Positions 29,805 through 39,273 are shown, counted from the first letter of the stretch. The stretch: DNA of 64,000 bases from an uncultured Alphaproteobacteria bacterium (GCA_963931495.1 OZ007020.1:509880-573879); one strand, 5' to 3'. Notes: generated by a model not told the origin, from the letters alone. A program made the numbers and translations.

Positions 29805-32717
29805 ATGCCGAATCTAAACCTAGGGTTATTTTCAGCACTATTTTGTGTATTATGCAGTGGCGCGGCATTTGCAGATATTGATATCTTTCAAACAGGTTCT
29901 GGATGGCAGGTTCAAGATTCCAATGGTTCGGTAATAGGTACCGCGACAACGCGTCAAGGCGCACAACGTGTTGCAGATGTTTATACCCGCCAAGGGCAAC
30001 AAGTGAATTGGCGTACTTCAATGCCCACGACAACTGGCAGCAGCGGAAATATAAGCACGGCGACCCAGCAACAATTGGGCACATCCCAAGTACCACCAGC
30101 GCGTCAATTAACAAGTGGGTCGTCTGGCAGCAGCGGAAATATAAGCACGGCGACACAGCGACAATTGGGTACATCCCAGGTACCACCAGCGCGTCAATTA
30201 ACAAGTGGTTCGTCTGGCAGCAGCGGAAATATAAGCACGGCGACCCAGCAACAATTGGGCACATCCCAAGTACCACCAGCGCGTCAATTAACAAGTGGGT
30301 CGTCTGGCAGCAGCGGAAATATAAGCACGGCGACACAGCGACAATTGGGTACATCCCAGGTACCACCAGCGCGTCAATTAACAAGTGGTTCGTCTGGCAG
30401 CAGCGGAAATATAAGCACGGCGACCCAGCAACAATTGGGCACATCCCAAGTACCACCAGCGCGTCAATTAACAAGTGGGTCGTCTGGCAGCAGCGGAAAT
30501 ATAAGCACGGCGACACAGCGACAATTGGGTACATCCCAGGTACCACCAGCGCGTCAATTAACAAGTGGTTCGTCTGGCAGCAGCGGAAATATAAGCACGG
30601 CGACCCAGCAACAATTGGGTACATCCCAGGTACCACCCGCGCGTCAATTAACAAGTGGGTCATCTGGTGGCGGATCTGGTGGTAATACCGGTGGTGGTAA
30701 AGTAACAGGTAAGGGCGTAGGAAGTACCGTTGGGAAAGCACTGGGTACCCTGAGTGGTGTTTTGATGGTTGTTGATGGCGCTAACAATCTATCAGAATCT
30801 GTTGCTGGTACAGAAAAAGCCACTTGGAAAGATGTTGGGCGAGGTGCCCTGGGTGGTGCAGAGACGGCAGGTGGGGCGACTGTGATTGCAAATTCATATG
30901 TAGGTTTTGGAACCGTTGTATGGATTGCATCAATTGCCACAGGTGCGGTAATCGGCGCGGCCGGTGCCGGTGCAGAAATGTTTTCTGAAACAGATTGTGA
31001 AATGGACCCTGTGTTGGGAAAATACGCCTGTTGTAATATTTCAAAGTTAAGTAATATTGATGCATATCGCGCCGAAATTGGTGACAGGATGTTTACAGAT
31101 ACTTTCCCATATGTACGTTATTGTGTTCAGGGAAAAAAAGAATTCAAAGAAGAACAACCGTGGTTAAAGGGACGTTTTTTGGATGACCATTGGTCTGCAA
31201 ATGCTGAGGTTGGTTTATGCCCGGGATATGATATGCCGGTAAATCCAGATATGAACATAACACTGATTGCTGTTGAAGATGCGGATGATTTTGGACACTG
31301 TTGGGCGTGGGAATGCGCAGACGAAGGTTTTACACGATATAAAGGGACCTGTATTGGTAATGTCGTAGATGACCCTAGTCTGATGGGGCCGTTCTTGCCC
31401 GAAGGCTTTGAACGCACTGCGCCGCATACTGTTGGAACAGATTGTGATACTGCGGATTTGCCACAATATGCAACCGCTGGCGTATGGGTTGACAAGGGAA
31501 ATAACCAGGTTGCGTGTGCTGCAACTGCGTGCCAGGATGGAACTTATTTGGTGCTGAATGCATCTGGGGTGTCAATGGGTTGGTGTGTTGCTGCGTCTTA
31601 TTGTTCAGATGGTACGCATTTGAATATTATTGATGGGGTAAAAACAGATTTGCAATGTATTGCAGATTCAAGTGAAGCAGGTCAAACAAATGATAATTCG
31701 GGTGCGGTGGGCGGCACACCATCAACCCCAGAAAGTGTCGCCAATCAATCTGGTAATAATGACTCGTCTGGTGTGGGTAATGAATGTGCACGTGGGGTGC
31801 CTGGGTACGTTGTATTTGACGGTGTATGTATGACAATTTCGCAAATGCAACAGATTCAAAATCAACGGGCTGCGCAACAAAAAAATGACCAGATTGCAGG
31901 TCTGGAATCACAAATTAACCGCTATACAAAAACAATAACAAGCATTGAAGAATCGCATACGGATGACAAGGTTAGTGTATGGAAGAATGCGGAGGGGAAA
32001 TTTAATACATCACGCTTGCTGTCAGATTCTATTGCGGGGGTTGCGTTGGGCACTGTTGGTGGTTTTGTGGTTAATAAACTGGTCAAAGACCATCATGTTG
32101 AAACAGGGTTTGAAGAAATCGTATGTGTTATAGATGGGGAACAAATTGCAAGCTATGATGAAGAGTTTGTAATTTCTGGTGCGGTAAATAAGGCAGAGTG
32201 CATTGGTAACAATGCGTCATACGGTAATACTTATGTTTGGGCATCGCGTACATCAGGTGGGACAAACTATTCAACGATGATAGAAGATGTAAACAATCCA
32301 GAAAACAATGCGTGCTGGATACGGGTAGATATAGGTACGACGAATAACAAGATAAAGGTATCAGATATTCCGTCGCGATGGTTTATGGTTGGTCAACAGG
32401 TTAATTGTGGCAGTTGGGCAGACTATGACACTTTGCGTGAACGGGTATTGGATGCGCGCAAGAGTGGCCGAACATGGGCGACGGTTGGTGGTGCGGTTGG
32501 CGGTGCTGGTTTAGGTGTTGGGATAATGGAATTATTTGGTAATCGCTTGATTGGCGGCAAGGTTATGGGTCAAAAGTCGCTAGATGAAGTAGAATTGCTG
32601 TATTCGCAGATGACGACAACGGAACGCGCACAGTACGAAGAAGCGATAACGGAACTGGGGCGTGCGTGTGATGAGCTGCATGTACTTGGTGGTGTTCATT
32701 CTGCGTGCGGGGATTAA
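29805..32717 (+). CDS. Large secreted repeat protein: 30-residue tandem repeats, a Gly-rich glycine-zipper segment and a Cys-rich C-terminal region.
   Basis: It has a signal peptide (GLFSALFCVLCSGAAFA) and about 8 repeats of the form SGSSGSSGNISTATQ(Q/R)QLGTSQVPPARQLT. The glycine-zipper-like hydrophobic stretch is GAVIGAAGAGAEM. A coiled coil and multiple Cys follow. Confidence 0.7.
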   Translation: MPNLNLGLFSALFCVLCSGAAFADIDIFQTGSGWQVQDSNGSVIGTATTRQGAQRVADVYTRQGQQVNWRTSMPTTTGSSGNISTATQQQLGTSQVPPARQLTSGSSGSSGNISTATQRQLGTSQVPPARQLTSGSSGSSGNISTATQQQLGTSQVPPARQLTSGSSGSSGNISTATQRQLGTSQVPPARQLTSGSSGSSGNISTATQQQLGTSQVPPARQLTSGSSGSSGNISTATQRQLGTSQVPPARQLTSGSSGSSGNISTATQQQLGTSQVPPARQLTSGSSGGGSGGNTGGGKVTGKGVGSTVGKALGTLSGVLMVVDGANNLSESVAGTEKATWKDVGRGALGGAETAGGATVIANSYVGFGTVVWIASIATGAVIGAAGAGAEMFSETDCEMDPVLGKYACCNISKLSNIDAYRAEIGDRMFTDTFPYVRYCVQGKKEFKEEQPWLKGRFLDDHWSANAEVGLCPGYDMPVNPDMNITLIAVEDADDFGHCWAWECADEGFTRYKGTCIGNVVDDPSLMGPFLPEGFERTAPHTVGTDCDTADLPQYATAGVWVDKGNNQVACAATACQDGTYLVLNASGVSMGWCVAASYCSDGTHLNIIDGVKTDLQCIADSSEAGQTNDNSGAVGGTPSTPESVANQSGNNDSSGVGNECARGVPGYVVFDGVCMTISQMQQIQNQRAAQQKNDQIAGLESQINRYTKTITSIEESHTDDKVSVWKNAEGKFNTSRLLSDSIAGVALGTVGGFVVNKLVKDHHVETGFEEIVCVIDGEQIASYDEEFVISGAVNKAECIGNNASYGNTYVWASRTSGGTNYSTMIEDVNNPENNACWIRVDIGTTNNKIKVSDIPSRWFMVGQQVNCGSWADYDTLRERVLDARKSGRTWATVGGAVGGAGLGVGIMELFGNRLIGGKVMGQKSLDEVELLYSQMTTTERAQYEEAITELGRACDELHVLGGVHSACGD
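30037..30670 (+). repeat. Seven 90-bp tandem repeats at over 95% identity, alternating two variants (ABABABA; 180-bp higher-order unit).
   Basis: The anchor cagcggaaat recurs at 30041, 30131, 30221, 30311, 30401, 30491 and 30581. Confidence 0.9.
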
Positions 32718-32734
32718 GCGAGAATAAAACAAGA

Positions 32735-32775
32735 TGTAATAAACTAACGGGGCATAATTTAAAAGCCCCGTTTTT
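32735..32775 (+). terminator. Rho-independent terminator after the 970-aa gene.
   Basis: Hairpin cggggc-ataatttaaaa-gccccg followed by ttttt. Confidence 0.65.
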
Positions 32776-32793
32776 ATATACCAAGGAAAGACA

Positions 32794-33021
32794 ATGAACA
32801 AAATATATTTATTAATCTTTGTGTTCGGTATCGTAATCGGGGCGTATTTCGCCGGCACGCGCGTCGCAACACAAAAATGTAATGCGCGTGTCGCCACCGT
32901 CACAGCCGGTGCACAAAAACAAATATTTCAAACAATGGGTGATGTTAATGCGGAAACTTTTAGTACTGGGGTGCGTGATATTCGTCGCATCTTGCGCGAA
33001 AAATACTCAATTGCCGAATAG
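32794..33021 (+). CDS. Small hypothetical membrane protein of 75 aa.
   Basis: An AAGGAAAG ribosome-binding site lies 6 nt upstream, an N-terminal transmembrane helix is predicted, and the gene follows a terminator. Confidence 0.45.
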   Translation: MNKIYLLIFVFGIVIGAYFAGTRVATQKCNARVATVTAGAQKQIFQTMGDVNAETFSTGVRDIRRILREKYSIAE

Positions 33022-33136
33022 TTCATGGGTGCCGTGTATACCAATTTATGGGCGAACAGGGGACTGGGACGTAATCAGTGATGATTTGGCACGTAACATA
33101 TATCGCCACAATAAAATGTGTGAAAAACAGTCATAG
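32942..33136 (+). CDS. Possible small lipoprotein. It overlaps the previous ORF in a different frame.
   Basis: Lipoprotein signal MRKLLVLGCVIFVASC. The overlap with 32794..33021 makes one of the two doubtful. Confidence 0.3.
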   Translation: MLMRKLLVLGCVIFVASCAKNTQLPNSSWVPCIPIYGRTGDWDVISDDLARNIYRHNKMCEKQS

Positions 33137-33154
33137 TTTATGAAAATGGTGGGA

Positions 33155-34210
33155 TTATTTTGCCGCTTCAACCAAACTTTCCAGTGCGGTCTTTAATCGC
33201 ACCAGCGAAGATTCATACGTTGCGCAATCGCGCGATATTTCTGAACGATATGCATCACGCAAATTGTTTGACATATATGAACATGCACGTAAATGCTGGG
33301 AACAATACGAATGACCAATCGCAAATGATTGTTGACCACGTACGGAACTTTCCGTGCCCGCCCAATCAATATCTAGGGCAGATTCCAGATTTTCCCACGA
33401 ATTGTCGCCCGTATATTTGCCGATGATTTCATCCCAATATTCATTCATTTCGGCGTCTGTCCATATGTTTGTGCCACCGGCTGCGATTAGTTCATATATC
33501 AATTTGTCAATTTCTGGTTTGTATTTTGCGTCAATTTGGGCCAACTTTGAACTGCAATAGCAACGGTTGTATTCGGTGTCTGCGCGTTCACAATAATCAT
33601 TCATGCAATCAATATAGTCCGCCATACAACGCGCAGATGATACCGCGTTCCCATTATACACCAATGCAGACGTGTTGCCGGATTTAATGTTCGCATTGGT
33701 TGACGCATCACCGCGCGATGAACGCGTTGCCCCAGATGCCGCCACCATGTTGGTTGATGCCGTCCCAGAACGTGCAACAACACGGCGTGATGATGTTGTC
33801 CCAGGACGTGCCGTGCCAGCAGATGTCGCCGTCGCCGCGCGTGCATTTGATGTCGTCGTCGCGCGACGCGCAGACACCCCACGCGATGTTGTGCCAGATG
33901 TCGTCCCCGCCCGCGCCGCAGACGCAGTTGTCCCCGCCCGCGCCGATGTTGTTGGGGTGCGCGAAACAACCCGGCGGGTTGCCGTATTCGGGGCGGTGTT
34001 TGTACGGGTCAAAACATTAATCTGGGCATTGGATTGTGACGGATTCGTACCCGGATTTAATTGGGTGCGCATAGTATTGTTCATGTACGGATACAAATTA
34101 TTGTATGTATTTGCACTGATATAATCCGATGGCACAGATGTTGCCGCCCAGGCCATTGGGGCGACCGATATGACGGTTGTTATGATAAAAAATTTAATGC
34201 GCATTAACAT
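33155..34210 (-). CDS. Secreted hypothetical protein with a Thr/Ala/Arg/Ser-rich low-complexity region and a Cys-containing C-terminal domain.
   Basis: Signal peptide MLMRIKFFIITTVISVAPMAWAA. A roughly 130-aa T/A/R/S-rich stretch is encoded by locally GC-rich DNA. The C-terminal region has more than 8 Cys. Confidence 0.6.
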   Translation of the reverse strand: MLMRIKFFIITTVISVAPMAWAATSVPSDYISANTYNNLYPYMNNTMRTQLNPGTNPSQSNAQINVLTRTNTAPNTATRRVVSRTPTTSARAGTTASAARAGTTSGTTSRGVSARRATTTSNARAATATSAGTARPGTTSSRRVVARSGTASTNMVAASGATRSSRGDASTNANIKSGNTSALVYNGNAVSSARCMADYIDCMNDYCERADTEYNRCYCSSKLAQIDAKYKPEIDKLIYELIAAGGTNIWTDAEMNEYWDEIIGKYTGDNSWENLESALDIDWAGTESSVRGQQSFAIGHSYCSQHLRACSYMSNNLRDAYRSEISRDCATYESSLVRLKTALESLVEAAK

Positions 34211-34309
34211 CTGATTACAATTGTAAAAATTTTCAAGCATTCATACAAGTATTTATTTTACATAAAAATTTGCAATTTCAGAAAAACTTGATATAATAAC
34301 CCATCGTTT

Positions 34310-34386
34310 CGGGGCGTAACTCAGTCTGGTAGAGTGCTTGCTTTGGGAGCAAGATGTCGCATGTTCGAATCATGTCGCCCCGACCA
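34310..34386 (+). tRNA. tRNA-Pro (anticodon UGG).
   Basis: A 77-nt cloverleaf: acceptor cggggcg/cgccccg, D-arm agtctggtagagt, anticodon stem cttgc/gcaag with loop tttggga (TGG), T-loop ttcgaat, and a 3' CCA. Confidence 0.9.
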
Positions 34387-34650
34387 GAGATAATTAATCA
34401 TTTTTACTTAGTTTTTATAAAACCACTCGTAAAAAACGGGTGTTTTTTTGCAAAAAGCGTTTTTGTGTATGGGCAAGGTGCAATGTTGCTGTGATTTCCC
34501 TGTGAATCGTTAAAAAAGGGGATACAGGCATTCGTTTCGTAGCAACTAAATGCTGATCAGAAAATTCACTCCGTTGCATTTGCGACAATAATTAAATAAA
34601 TAGATTTTTGCGTGTTTTTTTGTTATCCTTTTGGTGAAGAGTGTTGCTGA

Positions 34651-35226
34651 ATGAATATCTTGCCAGATTATATAAAGGGTGAACGGGTGCAATTGCGCCG
34701 TTCTTTGCCGTCGCATGCAGGTGCTGTGTGGCAATATGTCAAAGATAATCAAGATTTATTTATGAAATGGCAGAACAGTTGTTGGAAAAGTGAAAAAGAA
34801 ATTTTTGATTATTTTACTGAATTAAACAGTGATAAAAACCACAAAGATTTTTATTACACTGTTTTTCTTGGTGACATAATTATCGGTACTGTAAATTGTT
34901 GGGATATCAGTACATGGCGAATGGCGTGTCAGTTAGGGTATGAGATAAATCCAGAATATGCCGGTCATGGATATGCGACAGAATCTGTTAAACTTTTAGT
35001 AAAAGAGCTTATTAAAGCTGGGTTTGTCCGTATAAAAATAGAATGTGCAACAGAAAATGTCCCAAGTATGAATCTGGCGCAAAAAGCGGGTTTTGTTTGT
35101 GAAGGCATAATGAAGAAAGATGTGTTTATGAAATCGGCAAATCGTTTCTGTGATACAGCGGTTTTTGCAATTGTTGATGAAGATAATGCAGTAAAATTGG
35201 AAATAAGTAGGTCAAATATTTTGTAA
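34651..35226 (+). CDS. GNAT-family N-acetyltransferase, RimJ/RimL-like.
   Basis: Length is 191 aa. It has a GNAT core (EINPEYAGHGYATESV) and follows tRNA-Pro. Confidence 0.7.
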   Translation: MNILPDYIKGERVQLRRSLPSHAGAVWQYVKDNQDLFMKWQNSCWKSEKEIFDYFTELNSDKNHKDFYYTVFLGDIIIGTVNCWDISTWRMACQLGYEINPEYAGHGYATESVKLLVKELIKAGFVRIKIECATENVPSMNLAQKAGFVCEGIMKKDVFMKSANRFCDTAVFAIVDEDNAVKLEISRSNIL

Positions 35227-35250
35227 GAATATGTGTAAAAGTGATTTTGT

Positions 35251-35769
35251 ATGTGCCACAGAGGGGCGTGGTTATCCACGGCTTTAATCGTGTATAGCGC
35301 CGAAAACGTGGGATTTTATATTCAAAAATGCACGGTATGTGATTTTGCAATAGCCAAATCCGCCAAAATTTCAGTTATGACATTTTATAACAGTCAATTT
35401 GAGGTGTATGATGTTTCTGACTTGATAAATAAATGTATTTGTAATATTCTTTTTGAAAAAAAGGGTAAAAGTATGGGTTTCACGCAGGAAAAGAAAATAA
35501 ATACGGATGTTTGCGATTTTTGCACGGGATGTGAAGAACATTGCAAGTTCGGCTTTGATTTCTATTATAATGAAAATAATAAAAGGGTGGGTTGCCCAAC
35601 CATAGGTGGTGAACAAATAAAAGAGTTTTTATGTAAAGATGGTACGTGGAAAATATCTGAAAAAGAAGAAAATTGCGTTTCCACATATGATTTTAACCGA
35701 TTCCACAGCGAGATGATGCGTGCAGCACGTCAAATAGCGACGCTTTGTGATAAATATAAAGCGCGGTAA
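35251..35769 (+). CDS. Cysteine-rich hypothetical protein.
   Basis: It contains 14 Cys, including CDFCTGCEEHC. The start is uncertain; alternative ATGs lie at 35377 and 35474. Confidence 0.4.
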   Translation: MCHRGAWLSTALIVYSAENVGFYIQKCTVCDFAIAKSAKISVMTFYNSQFEVYDVSDLINKCICNILFEKKGKSMGFTQEKKINTDVCDFCTGCEEHCKFGFDFYYNENNKRVGCPTIGGEQIKEFLCKDGTWKISEKEENCVSTYDFNRFHSEMMRAARQIATLCDKYKAR

Positions 35770-35912
35770 GATAGGTTTCGTAATTTTTTTGTTTTACGAT
35801 TTTTATGCTTGGATGAGTTCAACTGATTTTGTATGTGGCGTGGGGGCAATCGTTTTAGTGAAGGGTTATATTTGGTGTGCCAAACGCGTGTTCCAAAACG
35901 CGGCGTGCATCG

Positions 35913-36659
35913 TCAAAATGTCCTGCGCCGAAATGCGGCCAGCACACATTTATGAGTGTTTACAGCGTGAAAAATACACTTTATCATATACGGATCGCGT
36001 GAATATAAATTTATTTCGGCCTGCACTTTATTTATCAGGTTGCCCCGCTTATTTGGTTCGTTCCAGTTTGGGTGTTTGGCCAGCATATCGCTGAGATTAT
36101 CATCTGTGATTTCCAGACCAAAATTTTGTAAAAAGTATTTTTTGAATTCTGATTCATTCATTGGTTGTGGAAAATCGTTATTCCAGATTTTATGCGTGAC
36201 ATTTTTTATCGCGCGATTAATAGAAAATTTTTCATTAAATGTTTTTTTGTAAAGATATGCGTCGGTCAACATAAAAAATGTTTGCATTTTATGGGCATAA
36301 TCTGGTGACAGCGCGATTAAATCAGAAATCCAATCTGTTTTATCTGTATCGGCAAAAACAACGTCTATGCCTGCGCGCATACCAACCAGTGCCGCATATT
36401 CCAGTTCATTTTTAGTTTCGATTGTACTGGCATCTGGCGTTAATGTGGCTTTGCGGCTGTATTCCGTGACAATGCAATCAATATCAAAATCAGAAAAACA
36501 TTTGTCCAGCAACTGAAAAGATTTATTTGCACTGTGCTTGGTACCACAATAAATTAATTTTTTATTATCAAATTCAAACACCGCCAATGCCGGTGAATGC
36601 AAATGCGGTTTACAATCTGACCAAGAATCCAGCAAAGTCAAATCTGGCACGTATTTCAT
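35913..36659 (-). CDS. Hypothetical protein, possibly TraB/GumN-like.
   Basis: Length is 248 aa. An N-terminal LIYCGTKHS resembles the GTxH motif of TraB/GumN-family proteins. The assignment is weak. Confidence 0.45.
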   Translation of the reverse strand: MKYVPDLTLLDSWSDCKPHLHSPALAVFEFDNKKLIYCGTKHSANKSFQLLDKCFSDFDIDCIVTEYSRKATLTPDASTIETKNELEYAALVGMRAGIDVVFADTDKTDWISDLIALSPDYAHKMQTFFMLTDAYLYKKTFNEKFSINRAIKNVTHKIWNNDFPQPMNESEFKKYFLQNFGLEITDDNLSDMLAKHPNWNEPNKRGNLINKVQAEINLYSRDPYMIKCIFHAVNTHKCVLAAFRRRTF

Positions 36660-36677
36660 TGAGATGCCCCCCCTATG

Positions 36678-37886
36678 TTATTTAATATTCGAATTACTTT
36701 TCAGCGCTTCGGATAAAACAGATATGTTTTTGCCAGTGGAATCCGGTTTATACAATTCAAAGTTGTTTTTATCTTGGACGATTTTGCCCCATTGAATCCC
36801 AGACATATTAGGCGTATTAAATTCATCTTTCAACACATATACTTTGATGTTGCCGTTTTTGATTTCTTGCATAACATCAATCTCTATAACCCTGTTTATC
36901 CGCTTGTCCGTTAAACAATAATAACTGCCATCTACATCTCGGTTGAAACCAGTGGGATCCAGTTCATAAACATACGCCTTGGTCGGAATATTTGGATTTA
37001 GTTCTTGAATATATAAAACATTTTTTTCACGTGGTGATTTCCAGCCATTGCCAAGCAGTCTCATAATCGCATAATTTTTAGCGTGCACCAAATCAGATGT
37101 TGCAAATACAGCGGTAATCGCTGTTTGCATATGGTCAATATGCGCCGGTTTCGCATGAATAATCCCATCGGTTATTTTTATACCAGAACCATGATAAAGC
37201 ATTTTTGGGGATATTATATTCGTCCCTGTTGGCTGATTATTTTGCTTCATTGGCGTTTGTAAAACTTGTTTTTCTATATCCCGGACCAGTTTATTCATAC
37301 GTTGTGGTGCAATTATCCAACTAGGCGTTTGACCCGTCAATTTCATAAGTGTTTTTTCTTGCTGGGTGCGTGTGTCAAAATGACGCCTGCGTGTGTCGGC
37401 ATCATATCCTGACTGTTCCAGAAAATATGTGATATCTGCCGGTGGGAAACCAAAGTTTATTCCGTACAGAAAATCTATTTGCGAATTTGGTCGTACCGCG
37501 ACAGATTGTATTTCGGGATTTAATTTTTTTATTTTATCAACCAGTTCGGTTAACTGTAATGTGGCGGTGGTACGCGTCAATGCTAACGCTTTTGATTGTG
37601 GCACTGGCATACCAAGTTTTTCATAATTTGTTAAAAAATCCAGCCGCTGCAACATAGTAAAAAAATCTGTTGGATTCATGTTATCCGGCAATGTGTATTT
37701 GTGCCAAATTTCAATGGTGGGTTGGATACCCCGTTGGTTCAGATGTTGTGCAAATTGTTCGGCGGACGAATAATACCTGGAGCCAGTTGCACCGAACTCG
37801 CGCGCATATCGACGTGCCAAAATATCGATTTTGTCTGACATTTTTGCCCCCATGTTATGGGATATTATATCACATCTGGCCACCAA
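36678..37886 (-). CDS. Hypothetical protein with motifs reminiscent of an H-Y-E-type (PARP/diphtheria-toxin-like) ADP-ribosyltransferase.
   Basis: The C-terminal half has LYHGSG (HGS NAD-binding motif), then AVFATSDLVHAKNYA (compare PARP GIYFADMVSKSANYC), then YVYELD (candidate catalytic Glu). Alternative starts lie at 37853 and 37841. Confidence 0.5.
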   Translation of the reverse strand: MVARCDIISHNMGAKMSDKIDILARRYAREFGATGSRYYSSAEQFAQHLNQRGIQPTIEIWHKYTLPDNMNPTDFFTMLQRLDFLTNYEKLGMPVPQSKALALTRTTATLQLTELVDKIKKLNPEIQSVAVRPNSQIDFLYGINFGFPPADITYFLEQSGYDADTRRRHFDTRTQQEKTLMKLTGQTPSWIIAPQRMNKLVRDIEKQVLQTPMKQNNQPTGTNIISPKMLYHGSGIKITDGIIHAKPAHIDHMQTAITAVFATSDLVHAKNYAIMRLLGNGWKSPREKNVLYIQELNPNIPTKAYVYELDPTGFNRDVDGSYYCLTDKRINRVIEIDVMQEIKNGNIKVYVLKDEFNTPNMSGIQWGKIVQDKNNFELYKPDSTGKNISVLSEALKSNSNIK

Positions 37887-37914
37887 TTGCTATTTTGGGT
37901 GGTGGCCGGTTGTG

Positions 37915-38742
37915 TTATTCCTGTATCTGGGGCAGGCAGCGGCGCAGGGCGTCGTGCCAATGCGGGATTGTTATGTCGAATGTTTTTACAATTTTGGCTT
38001 TATCCAAAACGCTGTAAAATGGGCGGGTGGCTGCGGTTGGGTATTCCGATGTAGGAATCGCGTTCACATGGCATTTGCGGCCGCCCAATTCCATAATTGC
38101 GGTTGCAAAATCATACCATGAACACACGCCCAGGTTGGTGTAATGATATATTCCTGCTGTGTCGCGGTTGATTTGTGGCAATATTTTCACGATTGTGTCG
38201 GCCAAATCGTCTGCGTATGTCGGCGTGCCGATTTGGTCGCATACCACATTTATCGTTTCGCGCTGTGCGCCCAGGCGCAACATTGTTTTGACAAAATTGT
38301 TCCCATACGGGGAATACAGCCATGCTGTGCGAATTATGATTGCGTTGTCATTATTTTGTAATATTGCGCGTTCGCCCGCCAATTTTGTTTTTCCGTATAC
38401 AGACGTTGGATTTGCTGCATCGGTCGTTTTGTACGGTGTGTGGGACGTGCCGTCAAATACGTAATCTGTGGAAATATGTACCAGTTTACAGCCCGTGCGC
38501 GCCAGATTTTCGGGGCCGTTTACATTGACGCGTGTGGCCAAATCGACATCTGATTCGGCGCGATCCACGGCAGTGTATGCGGCGCAATTGATGATAGTAT
38601 CGATATTGTTTTCGCGCACAAATTTCTGTACGGCATCAAAATCCGTTATGTCCAATGTGTCGGAATCTGTCGCGATCGCGTTCGATATGCGCGCGGTTAA
38701 TTCGCGCCCCAGTTGACCATTACAACCCGTTATCAGGTACAT
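37915..38742 (-). CDS. rmlD: dTDP-4-dehydrorhamnose reductase.
   Basis: It starts MYLITGCNGQLGREL (Rossmann fold) and has an RmlD-like YTAVDRAE motif. Length is 275 aa. Confidence 0.85.
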   Translation of the reverse strand: MYLITGCNGQLGRELTARISNAIATDSDTLDITDFDAVQKFVRENNIDTIINCAAYTAVDRAESDVDLATRVNVNGPENLARTGCKLVHISTDYVFDGTSHTPYKTTDAANPTSVYGKTKLAGERAILQNNDNAIIIRTAWLYSPYGNNFVKTMLRLGAQRETINVVCDQIGTPTYADDLADTIVKILPQINRDTAGIYHYTNLGVCSWYDFATAIMELGGRKCHVNAIPTSEYPTAATRPFYSVLDKAKIVKTFDITIPHWHDALRRCLPQIQE

Positions 38743-39273
38743 CTTTTAATCCTTTGGCTATTCTGTCTTTGTCCGAAGTAATAATTTTATCCGCCGGGAT
38801 TCGCCAATCGATGCCGATTTCAGGGTCGTCGTATCGTATGCCGATTTCTGATTCAGGGTGATAAAAATTATCACATTTATACGCAAATATGGCGGTATCG
38901 GTTAACACCGAAAATCCGTGTAAAAAACCGCGCGGTATAAACAACTGACGTCCGTTTTCAGCGGATAATTCCACCGCCACATGGCGGCCAAACGTTGGCG
39001 AGTTTTTGCGAATATCAACAGCCACGTCCAAAACTGTGCCGTGCAGAACGCGAACCAGTTTTGCCTGGGCATATTCGCCCAATTGACAATGCAGGCCACG
39101 TATAACGCCATAGCACGATTTGGATTGGTTATCCTGGACAAAACGGTTTGGAATGCCGTTTTTGATAAATTCATTTTCATTATAACTTTCGAAAAAGTAT
39201 CCGCGTGCGTCGGTGAATATTTTAGGTTCCACGATAACAATGCCGTCAATATCTGTTTTTATAAAGTTCATAT
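38720..39273 (-). CDS. rmlC: dTDP-4-dehydrorhamnose 3,5-epimerase.
   Basis: MNFIKTDIDGIVIVEPKIFTDARGYFFESYN... is canonical RmlC. The 374-aa track ORF is an upstream extension; the real start is M192, ATG at 39273..39271. The C-terminus overlaps the rmlD start. Confidence 0.85.

Noticed and set aside
29803-30741. 312-aa minus-strand ORF and 260-aa plus-strand alternative-frame ORF across the 90-bp tandem repeats.
   Set aside because: They are an artefact of the repeats being open in several frames. The frame encoding the signal peptide and continuing for 970 aa is the real one.
33601-34124. Plus-strand ORFs of 106 to 150 aa opposite the T/A/R-rich region.
   Set aside because: The local GC-rich repeat keeps the opposite frames open. 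The minus-strand gene has a signal peptide and a structured C-terminus.
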